Source of the DNA: Chiloscyllium plagiosum
Taxonomy: Eukaryota
Length of the DNA: 64,000 nucleotides
Direction: 5' to 3'
NCBI RefSeq assembly: GCF_004010195.1
Contig: NC_057718.1
Span: 90,811,353-90,875,352, forward strand
This document shows, piece by piece, positions 36,737 through 49,025 of the stretch. The notes beneath the pieces are model-generated. The model did no database searches and was not told the origin of the DNA. It saw only the letters and a list, made by a program, of their open reading frames with translations. Position 1 is the stretch's first letter. Each line of letters opens with the position of its first letter. The translations under genes and the position numbers were made by a program.

Positions 36737-36987
36737 CCAAAAGAGAAAATGCTGGAAAATCTCAGCAGGTCTGGCAGCATCTGTAAGGAGAGAAAAGAGC
36801 TGACGTTTCGAGTCTAACTGACCCTTTGTCAAAGCTGACAGCTTTGTCACAGCTTTGACAAAGGGTCATTTAGACTCGAAACGTCAGCTCTTTTCTCTCC
36901 TTACAAATGCTGCCAGACCTGCTGAGATTTTCCAGCATTTTCTCTTTTGATTTCAGATTCCAGCTTCTGCAGTAATTTGCTTTTATT
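36737..36987. mobile_element. Fold-back Penelope-like pLTR insertion, family C
   Basis: Near-perfect inverted arms of about 100 bp. Perfect 15-bp TSD TAAGAACATAAAAAA at 36722-36736 and 36988-37002. Confidence 0.82.
36851..36889 (+). ncRNA. Minimal hammerhead ribozyme motif with U3-A8 variant core, family C
   Basis: AGCT-TTGACAA-A-GGGTC-attta-GACTC-GAAA-C-GTC-AGCT. The same core is on the minus strand at 36798-36836. Confidence 0.72.
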
Positions 36988-37589
36988 TAAGAACATAAAA
37001 AAGCTTGAAATAAGAAAAGGCCCATGAAACAACCAGAGACAAGTTATAATTTGCTCCAACCCACAGGAGAATAACCTCCCTGTTCAGATGACTGAGGGCA
37101 AGTCCAGTGAAACTTTGTCCTGATTTCCCCTTTGGGTGCAGTTTCTGAATGTCAATCTAATGTCATACCTCCATTGTTCAACTTCGACATTTTCCTGCAC
37201 TGCCCTTTCCCATGAGTCTGACATGGTTCCCTTAGCAACTCATGGGAGTATTGATAAAGAGGCTCAGGGCTTTGTTACAGACCCTAATCAATTCATCTGC
37301 TTTAAAGTGCAGCAATTAATGTGACTGAACATCCACCTTCTTTCTAGCCAACACGTGTTGTGGTTCCCCTCTGATGGTAAGTGGTTACCACCTTTTGCCC
37401 AATGTGGATGTATCGTCAGTGAGGCTCCTGTAGGTAGTGGACAATACACCAAAGTAAAAATCCTACCCCATTGTAACCAAGAGATGGCAACTTTCAATTT
37501 GATACTCACTAAAATAACGGCATGTTGAAGACTCCAAAAGTCTGATTTGACTGGATCTTCTGTAAACCGAAATGACTGGAGAGGTTTCC

Positions 37590-37928
37590 AAAATCATGAG
37601 GGGCACGGATAGGGTAAATAGACAAGGTCTCTTTTTTTTGGAGGGGGAGTCCAGAACTAGAGGGCATAAGTTCAGGGTGAGAAGGGAAAGATCTAAAAGG
37701 GACCTAAGGGGCAACTTTTCCACGCAGAGGGTGGTGTGTGTATGGAATGAGCTGCCAGAGGATGTGGTGGAGGCTGGTACAACTGCAACATTTAAAAGGG
37801 ATGGGTATATGAATAGGAAGGGTTTGAGGGTGCTGGCAGGTGGGACTAGATTGGGTTGGGATATCTGTTCGGCATGGATGGGTTGGACCAAAGGGTCTGT
37901 TTTCATGCTGTACATCTCGATGACTGTG
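37590..37928 (+). mobile_element. CR1-type LINE 3' end
   Basis: SRTRGHKFRVR..QRVVCVWNELPE motif. Confidence 0.92.
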
Positions 37929-38127
37929 ACTGTTTACGTTTGTTCTCCCCCCACCCCAACAACCCGCTGTGATTTTTTTTTGGTTGCTGACTTAATTGTT
38001 TTCATTCTCCTTTCAGAATTCACTGGTTCTACTGGTTCTTCAGGAAAGCATAGGTTCAGGTTGTTAGCTCTCAGTCAGCATCCTGCCCTCACTGGTGATC
38101 ACCACAATCCCCTCTCTCATTTTTCAG

Positions 38128-38401
38128 AGGCAAAGGCTAATCAGCAGCAAGACCGTCTCCAATGGCGAACCCGAGGTTTCCATTAAAATGCCTTCAAAGC
38201 ACAACATCGAGAATGGAACGGGGCCAAGCAACTCCACTGAGAGGAGCATCAACGGGCAAAGAAGGGAAGAGGACAGAACTGAGGCCAGAAATGAAAGGGA
38301 GAATGAAAACGAGAATGAGGACAATCAGAACAACGAGAATGATGAAGAGGAGGAGGAGGAGGAGGAAGGCGAGGGGCCGTATGTACCATTCCACTTGCCG
38401 G
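38128..38401 (+). CDS. SLC24A3: SLC24A3 exon (274 nt), RQRLISSKTVSNGEPEVSIK...ENDEEEEEEEEGEGPYVPFHLP; acidic cytosolic loop
   Basis: tttcAG / GTgagt, phase 0/1. Poly-Glu stretch followed by GPY.PF, as in NCKX3. Confidence 0.95.
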
Positions 38402-38547
38402 GTGAGTTGTCCATGTTGACCGTGTTGGCAGTGTTCTTGTCTCTGAGTCAGAGAGTTGTTGGGTCAAGTCCCAGTGCAGTGCTTATAGCTGTTCTGTGCT
38501 TTTGCAGAGCCAACATCTGCCCCCTCTCCATTGCATGTAAGATATCC

Positions 38548-38878
38548 ATAGAGTCATAGATGTACAGCATGGAAACAGACCCTTCACTCCAACCTGTCCA
38601 TGCTGACTAAATATCCCACCCCAATCTAGTCCCACCTGCCAGCACCCGGCCCATATCCCTCCAAACCCTTCCTATTCATATACCCATCCAAATGCCTCTT
38701 AAATGTTGCAATTGTATCAGCCTCCACCACTTCCTCTGCCAGCTCATTCCATACAAGTACCACCCTCTGTGTGAATAAGTTGCCCCTTAGATCCCTTTTA
38801 TATCTTTTTCCTCTCACCCTAAACCTACGCCCTCTAGTTCTGCACTCCCTGACCTCAGGGAAAAGACTTTGTCTATTT
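38548..38878 (-). mobile_element. CR1-type LINE 3' end, apparently splitting a DeuSINE-like element (about 38425-38520 and 38880-39100)
   Basis: QRVVLVWNELAEEVVEA on the minus strand; flanks resemble 8020-8420. Confidence 0.88.
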
Positions 38879-39151
38879 TGAAAAAGAACAGGAAGTTTCT
38901 CTCCTGTGTGCTGGCCAATATTTATCCCTTGATCAGCATGATTAAAACACTTTGTCGCATTGAGATCAGTGGGACCATGCTGTAGGCAAATCAGCTGCTG
39001 TATATTACGTCTTACATAAGAGACTTCATTTCAAACGGCAATTTGCTTTGTAATGCCCAGATGTTGCTAAAGACACTACATGTAAATGTGAGCCTTTCTG
39101 CTTTTAAGATGGGCTGGTGGTGGATGTAAGTCCCATTGGGCCTTGGAAAAG

Positions 39152-39598
39152 GGGTGGCACGGTGGCTCAGCCGTTAGCACGGCTGCCCCAGTTTGATTCC
39201 TGCCTCGGGTGACTGTCTGTGTGGAGTTTTCACATTCTCCCCGTGTTTGTGCGAGTTTGCTCCGGTTTCCTCCCACAGTTCAAAGATGTGTAGGTTAGGT
39301 GAATTAGCCACGGTAAATTGCCCACAGTGTTCAGGATATCCCAGTTCGATTCCAGTCTTGGCTGATTGTCTGTGTGGAGTTTGCACATTCTCCCCGTGTC
39401 TGCGTGGGTTTCCTCCTGGTGCTCCAGTTTCCTCCCACAGCCCAAAGATGTGCAGTTCAGGTGAATTGGCCATGCTAAATTGCCCATAGTATTAGGGTCT
39501 TTAGTCAGAGGAGAATGGGTCTGGGTGGGTTACTCTTCGGAGGGTCGGTGTGGACTTGTTGGGCCAAAGGACCTGTTTCCACATTGTAGGGAATCTTA
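39152..39598 (+). mobile_element. Two tandem or partially duplicated V-SINEs
   Basis: V domain present twice, at about 39215 and 39370. Confidence 0.88.
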
Positions 39599-40944
39599 AA
39601 AAAAGGACAGGGACTGGGATACTCTGTGTCTATTCTAAGGCACCATTCTCTGTGAAGTGTCCTGGCTCTGTGGTTTGCTTTATTATTGTTCGTCCCTAAT
39701 TCAGTGAAGGACAGTTGGTATATTGTTCTGAGGCTGCTCGGTGTACATTGAACAGTATCTGCTCTTGAGTTCCCTCTGCTGGTACTTGCTGCGCGACTGC
39801 AGCCTGCCCCAGAACACCCTTTGCCATTACATTCTGTTACTGTGTTCTTTGGAATTGACGTCGCATGCTGCAGTTTTAATCTTCTATTATGGTGTGTTGA
39901 AATCATGCTCTGCGGTAGTAGCACTGAAACATGTAAATATGTTTGTATTAACTTGTGTTCAAATGCATATATGCTTTCAGATCCCTCCATGGCTGAGCAC
40001 AGTCCCCATCTTTGGAATCTCCTCCAACCCAACACCTGAGATTTCTGTGTCTCTAATACCAGACTCTTGTGTATTCCTAATTTTAATTGCTTGGTGGCCA
40101 TCCCCTTGTTTGCAAAGTCCCTCCTTGCACTTATCTATCTCATTACCTCCTTCCTTAAAATCTATCTTGACCAAACTTTGTGCAATCTGACCTAGTCTCC
40201 TCTTATGTGGCTGAGTGTTATACTTCATTTGATACCATTCCTGCAAAGCACCTTGGGATGTTTCATTGTGGCAGAGATTTTATAGTCATCTGGGAACACC
40301 AAACTTGCTGAATAAAAGACATTTGTTGAAGCTTTTTGATTTGTCTTTATCAGGACCATTTGCAAGAATACCAATTTAAGGAGTAAACCAATGTGTACAT
40401 TATTTATATTATTGAAAGGACAGGGATGATTAGTTTGCAAGTGGACTCTAATTAGTCAAAGCAATACCATGGAGAATGCACCAGTTAGTGATGATTGACA
40501 GTTTACTGCAGGCTTTTTATAACTTTCACATATGCTCCTGAGTGTCAGACAGTACAGCTAAAAGGTATAAGTAAATATATGTTGCTGTGGAAATTTCTAT
40601 AACCTATTGATGCAAGCAAGAGCTGCATTTCTAGCAACCCTTTTAAATACATCACAGTACAGTCGAAGAGTTACTCTTTGAGGTGCCATCACTGTTGTGA
40701 TATAGGAGAAACAAGAACTAGTTTGATGCATACCAGGATCCTGCAAATATGTGAACACCATTGTTGAAGTAACATACATGCACACAAATCTACCGTCCAT
40801 AAGCCACGGGTTGCATTACAATTTCATCTCGTTAAATTAATGTTTTCTCTGGGCTAACATTCAAATGCATTTGTGGGGAGCCAGAAATTATTCACCTACA
40901 ACTTTGTAGGAAATTGTTAATGGCCAAATTGCAAATTGATAATG

Positions 40945-42040
40945 GTGCAGTGGGAGGCCATTCAGCCCGTCATTGTCTACACTGGCTCTTCAAACCAGCA
41001 TTATGATTTAATGCCATTTCCCCCCCTTTCCTTGCTCAGTTGTGTCTCTTTAAATAATCTCAAATGCCAAAATTGAACCTGCCTCCACCACCCTTCCAGG
41101 CGATGCATTCCAGATCTAAATCACACATTCGGTGAAGAAACTTTTTCTGGCATCGCATTGTCTTCTTTTGCAAATCATACGCCCACTTGTTCCTTTTACA
41201 ATCAGGAACAATTTCTCCCCTCGCTACTCTCTCCAGCCCACCCAGGATTTTGAAAACCTCAATCAGATCTCATCTCAGCCATCTTCTCTCCAAGGAGAAT
41301 ACTCCCAAAGTCTTCAATCTAACCCCATAACAGAAGGTTCTCATACCTGGAACCATTCTTGTAAATCTCTTCTGCAATCTCTCCAATGTGTTCACATCCT
41401 TCTTATAGTGTGGCACATTGACTGAATACAGTACTCTAATTGAGGTCTGACAAGTCGAGAGTGCGGTGCTGGAAAAGCGCAGCTGGTCAGGCAGCAACCG
41501 AGGAGCAGGAGAATCGACGTTTCGGGCATACGCCCTTCATCAGCAATAAGCCCACCTTCCTTAGGAAGGGCTTATGCTCGAAACGACAATTCTCCTGCTC
41601 CTCGGTTGCTGCCTGACTTGCTGTGCTTTTCCAGCACCACACTCTCAACTTGTCAGACCTCAATTAGATTACTGAATTCAACTAGAATACTGTATTGTAT
41701 TCAATTAGAATACAATTAGATCTCTGGCATCTGCAGTCCTCACTTTCTCCTGAGGTCTAACAAGTGTCTGAAACAGTGTGTCTCCTTGAATTTGAAATCT
41801 CTGCCCCTATTAATAAATCCCAGGATTCGATATGTTTTATTCACTGTTCTCTCCACTTACCCTGCCACCTTCAGCGATCTGTGCACTGATGTACCCAGGT
41901 ACCTCTGCTCCTATACCCCCTTTAGAATTGCACTCCTTATGGTATATTGCCTGTCCAGCTGCTTAAAATCCATCACTTCACTTTTCTCTGCAATGAACTT
42001 CATCTGCCATCTGACTGCCCAACTTGTCAATGTCCTTTTA
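40945..42040 (-). mobile_element. Old CR1-type LINE fragment interrupted by a PLE insertion
   Basis: PHYKKDVNTLERLQKRFTRMVPGM on the minus strand. Confidence 0.8.
41456..41750. mobile_element. Fold-back Penelope-like pLTR insertion, family A, containing an inverted copy of flanking DNA
   Basis: TSD TGAGGTCT(G/A)ACAAGT at 41441-41455 and 41751-41765. Intact hammerhead core on the minus strand (ctgatga-agggcgtatgccc-gaaacgtc, about 41516-41543). Confidence 0.82.
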
Positions 42041-43167
42041 GAACTCTACGCAATTTAAAATCCTTCCAAGGTTTGTGGTCATGCAATGTTTCAAATGTTG
42101 GCTGAAAGCTGTTAGTTAGTAAGTTCCTCAGCTTAACCGCATTTTCCAACTCTAGCTGTTACCTTTGCTGTGTTCGTGCCTGGCCATTACAAGCCTGGAA
42201 GTTTATTGGTTCCCTTCAATGGATAAAGCTGAGGTGTTCCCAGAACCTAATCGAATCATTAATTCTCAATCGACAGTACAAAGGCAGGGCTTAACAAAAA
42301 CCAAACGACAGTGGGAAGTATTATCAGTCAGAAAGCCGGGTTCTGGTTATCAGTGCCTGAGCATGCACAGGAAATTTAGATTCAGAAGAAAGCAAAATGA
42401 GTTGTGTCTGGTGAATTCTGAGGTGTAGGGAGCAGCTGAGATTCCTGCATTATCCACAGGAGAAGGACAAGGGCCACAGCTGCATGAAAAAGCCATCGCT
42501 TCTAGTTTCCCCATCAAAGTCACTTAAGCATCCTGACGCAAACATTGATCATCTCGCTTCCCTTGCCACCCCTGGGTCAGAATTCTGGACAACATTGGGG
42601 AAAGACGCCTCACCCCTTGGACGGCGGCTGTTCAAGAAGGAAGCACACCACTGCCATCACCTTCTCAGGGGGGCAACAGAGAATGGGCAGAATGCACCAA
42701 TGTTGCCAGTGATAACAATACCCAGAGAGTCTAGACTTAAAAATACTTTTGTTCATTATCTCCACCAGTCACAGTCATTTGGCACATTTCAGTTTTGAAA
42801 GACAAAAGCTCTTCAATAGGAAATGAAAAGAAAGTCTTCCGTTTACAAAAAGAAGATATGAATTATTTATGTTTTCAGTTCAAGACTAATGTTGGATTTT
42901 GTTGGCAGTCATCACCCCAGTTATTAGTTTATGCAGATTGCGAAACACTTCTAACGAAGACAGTGACTTCATTAAATTAATACTTTCCACAGTGATCTGT
43001 TTGCTGCTTCCAGCTAGCTCTTGATTAACAGTTAGGGAATGTAAGTTAATATGCTCCACCTCCCAGTTTATCTCCCCTGTGAACATCTGGGAATAGATCC
43101 TCTCTTTCACTTTCTAAGGGCACTTCAGACTGGACATTTAGACACAGGGCTCATAGCCTGCAGCAGC

Positions 43168-43270
43168 TCCCTCAACACTTCCACCCTCAACACTCCCTCA
43201 ACACTTCCTCCCTCAACACTCCCTCAAAACTTCCTCCCTCAACACTCCCTCAACACTTCCTCCCTCAACG
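43168..43270. repeat. Short tandem repeat with unit approximately ccctcaacact(t)
   Basis: Seen directly. Confidence 0.85.
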
Positions 43271-43271
43271 T

Positions 43272-43872
43272 TCCCTTCTCAGAAAGATGTTGTGAAACCT
43301 GAAAGGGTTCAGAAAAGATTTACAAGTATGTTGTCATCATTGGAAGGCTTGAGCTATAGGGAGAGGCTGAATAGGCTGGGACTGTTTTCCCTGGAGTGTC
43401 AGAGGCTGAGGGGTGACCTTTTAGAGGTTTATAAAATCATGAGGGGCATGGATAGCATAAATAGACAAAGTCTTTTCCCTGGTGTCGGGGAGTCTAGAAT
43501 GAGAGAAGATAAGTTTAGGGTGAGAGGTGAAAGATTTCAAAGGGACCTAAGGGGCAACATTTTCAGACAGAGGGTGGTGAATGTATGCCAGAGGATGGGT
43601 GGAGGCTGGTACAATTGCAGCATTTAAAAGGCAGTGAGAGGTGAAAGATTTCAAAGGGACCTAAGGGGCAACATTTTCAGACAGAGGGTGGTGAATGTAT
43701 GCCAGAGGAAGTGGTAGAGACTGGTACAATTGCAGCATTTAAAAGGCATCTGGATGGGTATATGAATAGGAAGGGTTTGGAGGGATATGGGCCATGTGCT
43801 GGCAGGTGGGACTAGATTGGGTTGGGATATCTGGTCGGGTCTATTTCCATGCTGTACATCTCTATGACTCTA
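43272..43872 (+). mobile_element. CR1-type LINE 3' end with an internal tandem duplication of about 115 bp
   Basis: gtgagaggtgaaagatttcaaagggacc occurs at about 43520 and 43634. Confidence 0.92.
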
Positions 43873-44056
43873 GGAGGTGCAGCCAAACCACAAGACATTG
43901 TGTTCCCATGCAGTGAGAAGGAGAAGCAGTTGAACGATATGAGTAGAAGTCAGGACAAGGAAGGAGCAAGCATTTCAAGATGGATTGTAATGAGTGCCAT
44001 GATACCGATTAAAATGCAATTGGGTGATGAATGTCTTTTTGTCTCTGTCTCCACAG

Positions 44057-44223
44057 TGGGAATGTGGGATGTGGTAAAGTGGGCGATTGCCTGGCCGCTG
44101 TGCTTTCTGATGTACTTCACAATTCCAAACTGTGCCAAGCCTCGTTGGGAGAAATACTTCATGTTCACGTTTATCTCAGCCACCTTGTGGATCGCAGTTT
44201 TCTCGTACATGATGGTGTGGATG
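44057..44223 (+). CDS. SLC24A3: SLC24A3 exon (167 nt), (V)GMWDVVKWAIAWPLCFLMYFTIPNCAKPRWEKYFMFTFISATLWIAVFSYMMVWM
   Basis: ccacAG / GTaagt, phase 1/0. NCKX motif WP...YFT.PNC..PRWEK.F..TF....LWI..FSY.MVWM. Confidence 0.96.
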
Positions 44224-46364
44224 GTAAGTGCACGTTTCACAAAGGGCTGGTGCAAAAACAGGCAGCAACTCCAGTCACAAAATAATCAGACATGGCTCTA
44301 TGCTTTGTAGTGGACTCTCCACCCTGCGATGGTGCATGTGCAAACCCTCAGCAAGGACAAGATTTGGTGAGACCTCTCTGAGTTTATTAAATTTAGGTTT
44401 ACTGGCGCATGTACATTAAAGAATACAATGGAAAGTGTTATTTTCGCATGTTGTACGCAATGTGTCGCCACACTCCAGTGCCATCTTGAAACACTGAATA
44501 TAATGCAAGATTTTACTGTTGTAGCGTTCATCTTTCTCTATTCTGCTTATCCCTCCTCCGCTGCTGCTCCAGTCACAGTTGACGTTGGCCGGGGTCTCTG
44601 ATACGGGGTCCTGGGTCTCTGTAAAAGGCTCTCGGGTCTCGGTTATGGGCCACCACCGACCAGCTGGAACCATGGGCCTGGGGATGATGCCTGGGTTCTA
44701 TAGCCCCATCCAACGCTCCTCTAGACTCCAGTCATCGCAGTCCTCCACCGTCCCTTCCATCGCGCTACTGCTCCTTCGGGCATCCGGGCCTAGTCGCAGA
44801 GCTGGAGCCTAGCTCGGCCTGCAAGTCTGGACCCAGGGAGTCAGCCTGGAACCCTACTCTCGTTCACCAGGTGACCCTGCCATTAACTTACCATCACTCA
44901 CTATCTTAGTGCCCGTGTGGAGAATGTACTGGGGTCCAGTTTATAACCATACCTATTGTGACTCATTGTCTCCATAAGAGCAGGAGAGGGGAAAGAAAAA
45001 TACAAAAAAGAAATATTTGAGGGACATCATTATAAAGAGATCAGATCAGTTGTTTTTTTTTTCCATAAGTTCCTGGACACCATCCAGCTCATTCATTCGA
45101 TTGGAATGCTCTTTTCAGACCGTCGCATAAGCAGAGAAGAAAAACTTCCTTCCCGTTCCCTCGATAGTTAAAAGGACAAGCATACTTCTTGTTACCTTTG
45201 TTTGAACCCCCTAAGTTCAGAGCCAGTTTGGCCACCAAAATGACCACAGCCCAATAGTCAGTTGTCATGTCAGCCAGATCATTCAAGCCCTCGCGACAGG
45301 AATACGCTCCCCATTTTGTGACAACATCAGCATTGCCTGTGATCGGGTAAACAATTTTTTCCTGTGGTTGTGTCAGTGAACCATCTGTGTGTCCCTTCAA
45401 ATATTCCCTCATTCTCTCACTATCTCCCAGGGACCACTGTCAGCTCTGAGACTGATGGGTGCGGTGTGTTGGACACTGGACCCCAGCAAAGTCAGATTCC
45501 TGATCAGGAGGGGAATCCAGGGTCGTGGGGAAAGGGCAGGAAAGTGGATGTGAGGAATGTCGGATCAGGCACACTCCTGTTGAAGGGCGGAGTAGGATGG
45601 AGGGGCTGAACAGCCAACTCCTTTTCCTGTTTCTTATGGTGTTAAAATCTTATTTATTCACACACATCGACATTGTGCATCAGGGCAGATTTCCATCTGG
45701 CAACTTTACATTCCCAAAAGCATGCACTAACCTCAGTTACGTTTTTGAGTATTTCTTGTACTTTTTTGCCACAAAAGAGCGAATTTATTTAATTAGCACA
45801 TTTATAGGCAGTTATTTTAACAGTTGTTTATTTTTTTCTGATGGCCATCATATACCTTACAGAGAAACAATTGGAATAATCTGCTCTTGACCTTTCACTT
45901 CCTTCCGTTGTCACAAGTACGCAACAACAGAGCAACGAGAGGTGAATATAAGGGCAGGAGGAAAATTCAAAAATTGGCCAGCCAGTGAATGGGTGGGATG
46001 AGAAATCCCACCTCGGAGAAACGACCTTGGGAAAGTGGATACTTTTTCAGGAATGTGCAGAGTGTGGTCATTCCAATTGTGCATAAGACTACTAGGTGTG
46101 CACAAGACCATAAGAAATGGAAACAGGAGTAGACCATTTGGCCCCTCAAACCTGTTCCACCTTTCAATGGGACCATGGCTCAGCAAACATTCCTAACGTC
46201 CATGTTCCTGTAGTTCTCCCCCCCAGCCCTTAGTGATCAGGAATCCATCTAGCTCAGCCTTAAATGTACATGTGCATGGTGGTGGCGTATTGGTAATATT
46301 GCTGGATTAGCCATGCAGAGGCGCTCGGCTATCGCTCTGGGAAAACTATCATCGATAAGGCTAT

Positions 46365-47012
46365 CGTTTAAGGCTAATAGCATGCTGGCCTTCATAACAA
46401 GAGGGATTGAGTATAGAAGCAAAGAGGTTCTTCTGCAGCTGTACAGGGCCCTGGTGAGACCACACCTGGAGTACTGTGTGCAGTTCTGGTCTCCAAATTT
46501 GAGGAAAGACATTCTGGCTATTGAGGGAGTGCAGCGTAGGTTCACAAGGTCAATTCCTGGAATGGCAGGATTACCTTACACTGAAAGACTGGAGCGACTG
46601 GGCTTGTATACCCTTGAGTTTAGAAGACTGAGAGGGGATCTGATTGAGACATATAAGATTATGGACACTCTGGAGGCAGGAAACATGTTTCCGGTGATGG
46701 GTGAGTGCCGAACCAGAGGACACAGCTTAAAAATACGGGGTAGACCATTTAGGACAGAGATGAGGAGAAACTTCTTCACCCAGAGAGTGGTGGCTGTGTG
46801 GAATGCTCTGCCCCAGAGGGCAGTGGAGGCCCAATCTCTGGGTTCATTTAAGAAAGAGTTGGATAGAGCTCTCAAAGATAGTGGAATCAAGGGTTATGGA
46901 GATAAGGCAGGGACAGGATACTGATTAAGGATCAGCAGCCATGATCATATTGAATGGTGGTGCAGGCTCGAAGGGCAGAATGGCCTACTCCTGCACCTAT
47001 TGTCTATTGTCT
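46365..47012 (+). mobile_element. CR1-type LINE 3' end with uninterrupted ORF2 C-terminus (young subfamily)
   Basis: KANSMLAFITRGIEYRSKEVLLQLYRALVRPHLEYCVQFWSP...VWNALP; ctattgt-repeat tail. Confidence 0.95.
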
Positions 47013-47302
47013 AACACAGATTATCACTAACACCCATGAAGTGTCATGAACATCCATCAGTGATTTCCTTTCGGGAAGGAAATCTGTCAAACTCACCTGG
47101 TTTGTCCTATATGTGACTCCCCATGGACAACTAAGCGGTTGACTCTTTGACTGTGCTCTGAAATAGCTGAGCAAGCCACTCAGTCCAAAGGAAATTGAGG
47201 CCGACAAGCCTTGGTTTTGCCCGAGGTGTCCACATCCCATTAAAGAGGTGTCACGCATCCTCTGAGCTGTGCCACTTTGGGAGGTGGGTCTCCCTGAGGC
47301 AG

Positions 47303-47514
47303 GGAGAAAGTGAGGACTGCAGATGCTGGAGATCAGAGTCGAGACTGGGATACTGGAAAAGCACAGCAGGTCAAGCGGCATCCGAGGAGCTGGAAAATCA
47401 ACGTTTCAGGCATAAGTCCGATTCCTGTTGAAGGGCTTTTGCCCGATACGTCGATTCTCCTGCTCCTCGGATGCTGCCTGACCTGCAGTGCTTTTCCAGC
47501 ACCACACTCACGGC
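47303..47514. mobile_element. Fold-back Penelope-like pLTR insertion, family A
   Basis: TSD TCTCCCTGA(G/T)GCAG at 47289-47302 and 47515-47528; hammerhead core mutated (ctgttga..gata). Confidence 0.8.
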
Positions 47515-47707
47515 TCTCCCTGATGCAGCAGAGTTCAGTCCAGAACTTGCAAGATGTCCATGCTGGGAGAAACAAGATCACAGGAGAATGTGAAATATTA
47601 TCATACTTCATTGTCCTTTTTCCTCAGTGAATTTCCTGAAAGTGAAGTCATGCAGTCACCCCATGGTTTGGAAAATAGCTATTTGAAGTGACACAGATGT
47701 TTTACTC

Positions 47708-49025
47708 TGTATGTGTGTGTGTGTGTATATATGTGTGTGCATATGTGTGTGTGTATGTGTGTGTATATGTGAATGTATGTGTGTGTGTATGTGCATGTAT
47801 GTGTGTGTGTATGTGTGCGCATGTGTGTATGTGTGTGTATATGTGTGTTATGTGTGTGTGTATATGTGTGTGTGTGATTGTATGTTGTGTATGTGTATGT
47901 GTGTGTGTATATGTGTGTCTGTGCGTGTGTATATGTGTGTGTGTGATTGTATGTGTGTGTGCTNNNNNNNNNNNNNNNNNNNNNNNNNNNNNNNNNNNNN
48001 NNNNNNNNNNNNNNNNNNNNNNNNNNNNNNNNNNNNNNNNNNNNNNNNNNNNNNNNNNNNNNNNNNNNNNNNNNNNNNNNNNNNNNNNNNNNNNNNNNNN
48101 NNNNNNNNNNNNNNNNNNNNNNNNNNNNNNNNNNNNNNNNNNNNNNNNNNNNNNNNNNNNNNNNNNNNNNNNNNNNNNNNNNNNNNNNNNNNNNNNNNNN
48201 NNNNNNNNNNNNNNNNNNNNNNNNNNNNNNNNNNNNNNNNNNNNNNNNNNNNNNNNNNNNNNNNNNNNNNNNNNNNNNNNNNNNNNNNNNNNNNNNNNNN
48301 NNNNNNNNNNNNNNNNNNNNNNNNNNNNNNNNNNNNNNNNNNNNNNNNNNNNNNNNNNNNNNNNNNNNNNNNNNNNNNNNNNNNNNNNNNNNNNNNNNNN
48401 NNNNNNNNNNNNNNNNNNNNNNNNNNNNNNNNNNNNNNNNNNNNNNNNNNNNNNNNNNNNNNNNNNNNNNNNNNNNNNNNNNNNNNNNNNNNNNNNNNNN
48501 NNNNNNNNNNNNNNNNNNNNNNNNNNNNNNNNNNNNNNNNNNNNNNNNNNNNNNNNNNNNNNNNNNNNNNNNNNNNNNNNNNNNNNNNNNNNNNNNNNNN
48601 NNNNNNNNNNNNNNNNNNNNNNNNNNNNNNNNNNNNNNNNNNNNNNNNNNNNNNNNNNNNNNNNNNNNNNNNNNNNNNNNNNNNNNNNNNNNNNNNNNNN
48701 NNNNNNNNNNNNNNNNNNNNNNNNNNNNNNNNNNNNNNNNNNNNNNNNNNNNNNNNNNNNNNNNNNNNNNNNNNNNNNNNNNNNNNNNNNNNNNNNNNNN
48801 NNNNNNNNNNNNNNNNNNNNNNNNNNNNNNNNNNNNNNNNNNNNNNNNNNNNNNNNNNNNNNNNNNNNNNNNNNNNNNNNNNNNNNNNNNNNNNNNNNNN
48901 NNNNNNNGTATTTGTGTATATGTGTGTGTGTATAAGTGTGTGTGATTGTATGTGTGTATATGTGTGTGATTGTATGTATGTGTATGTGTGTATATGTGTA
49001 TGTGTGTGTATGTGTATGTGTGTGT
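47708..49025. repeat. (TG)n/(TATG)n microsatellite flanking an N gap
   Basis: Seen directly; gap at 47964-48907. Confidence 0.95.
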
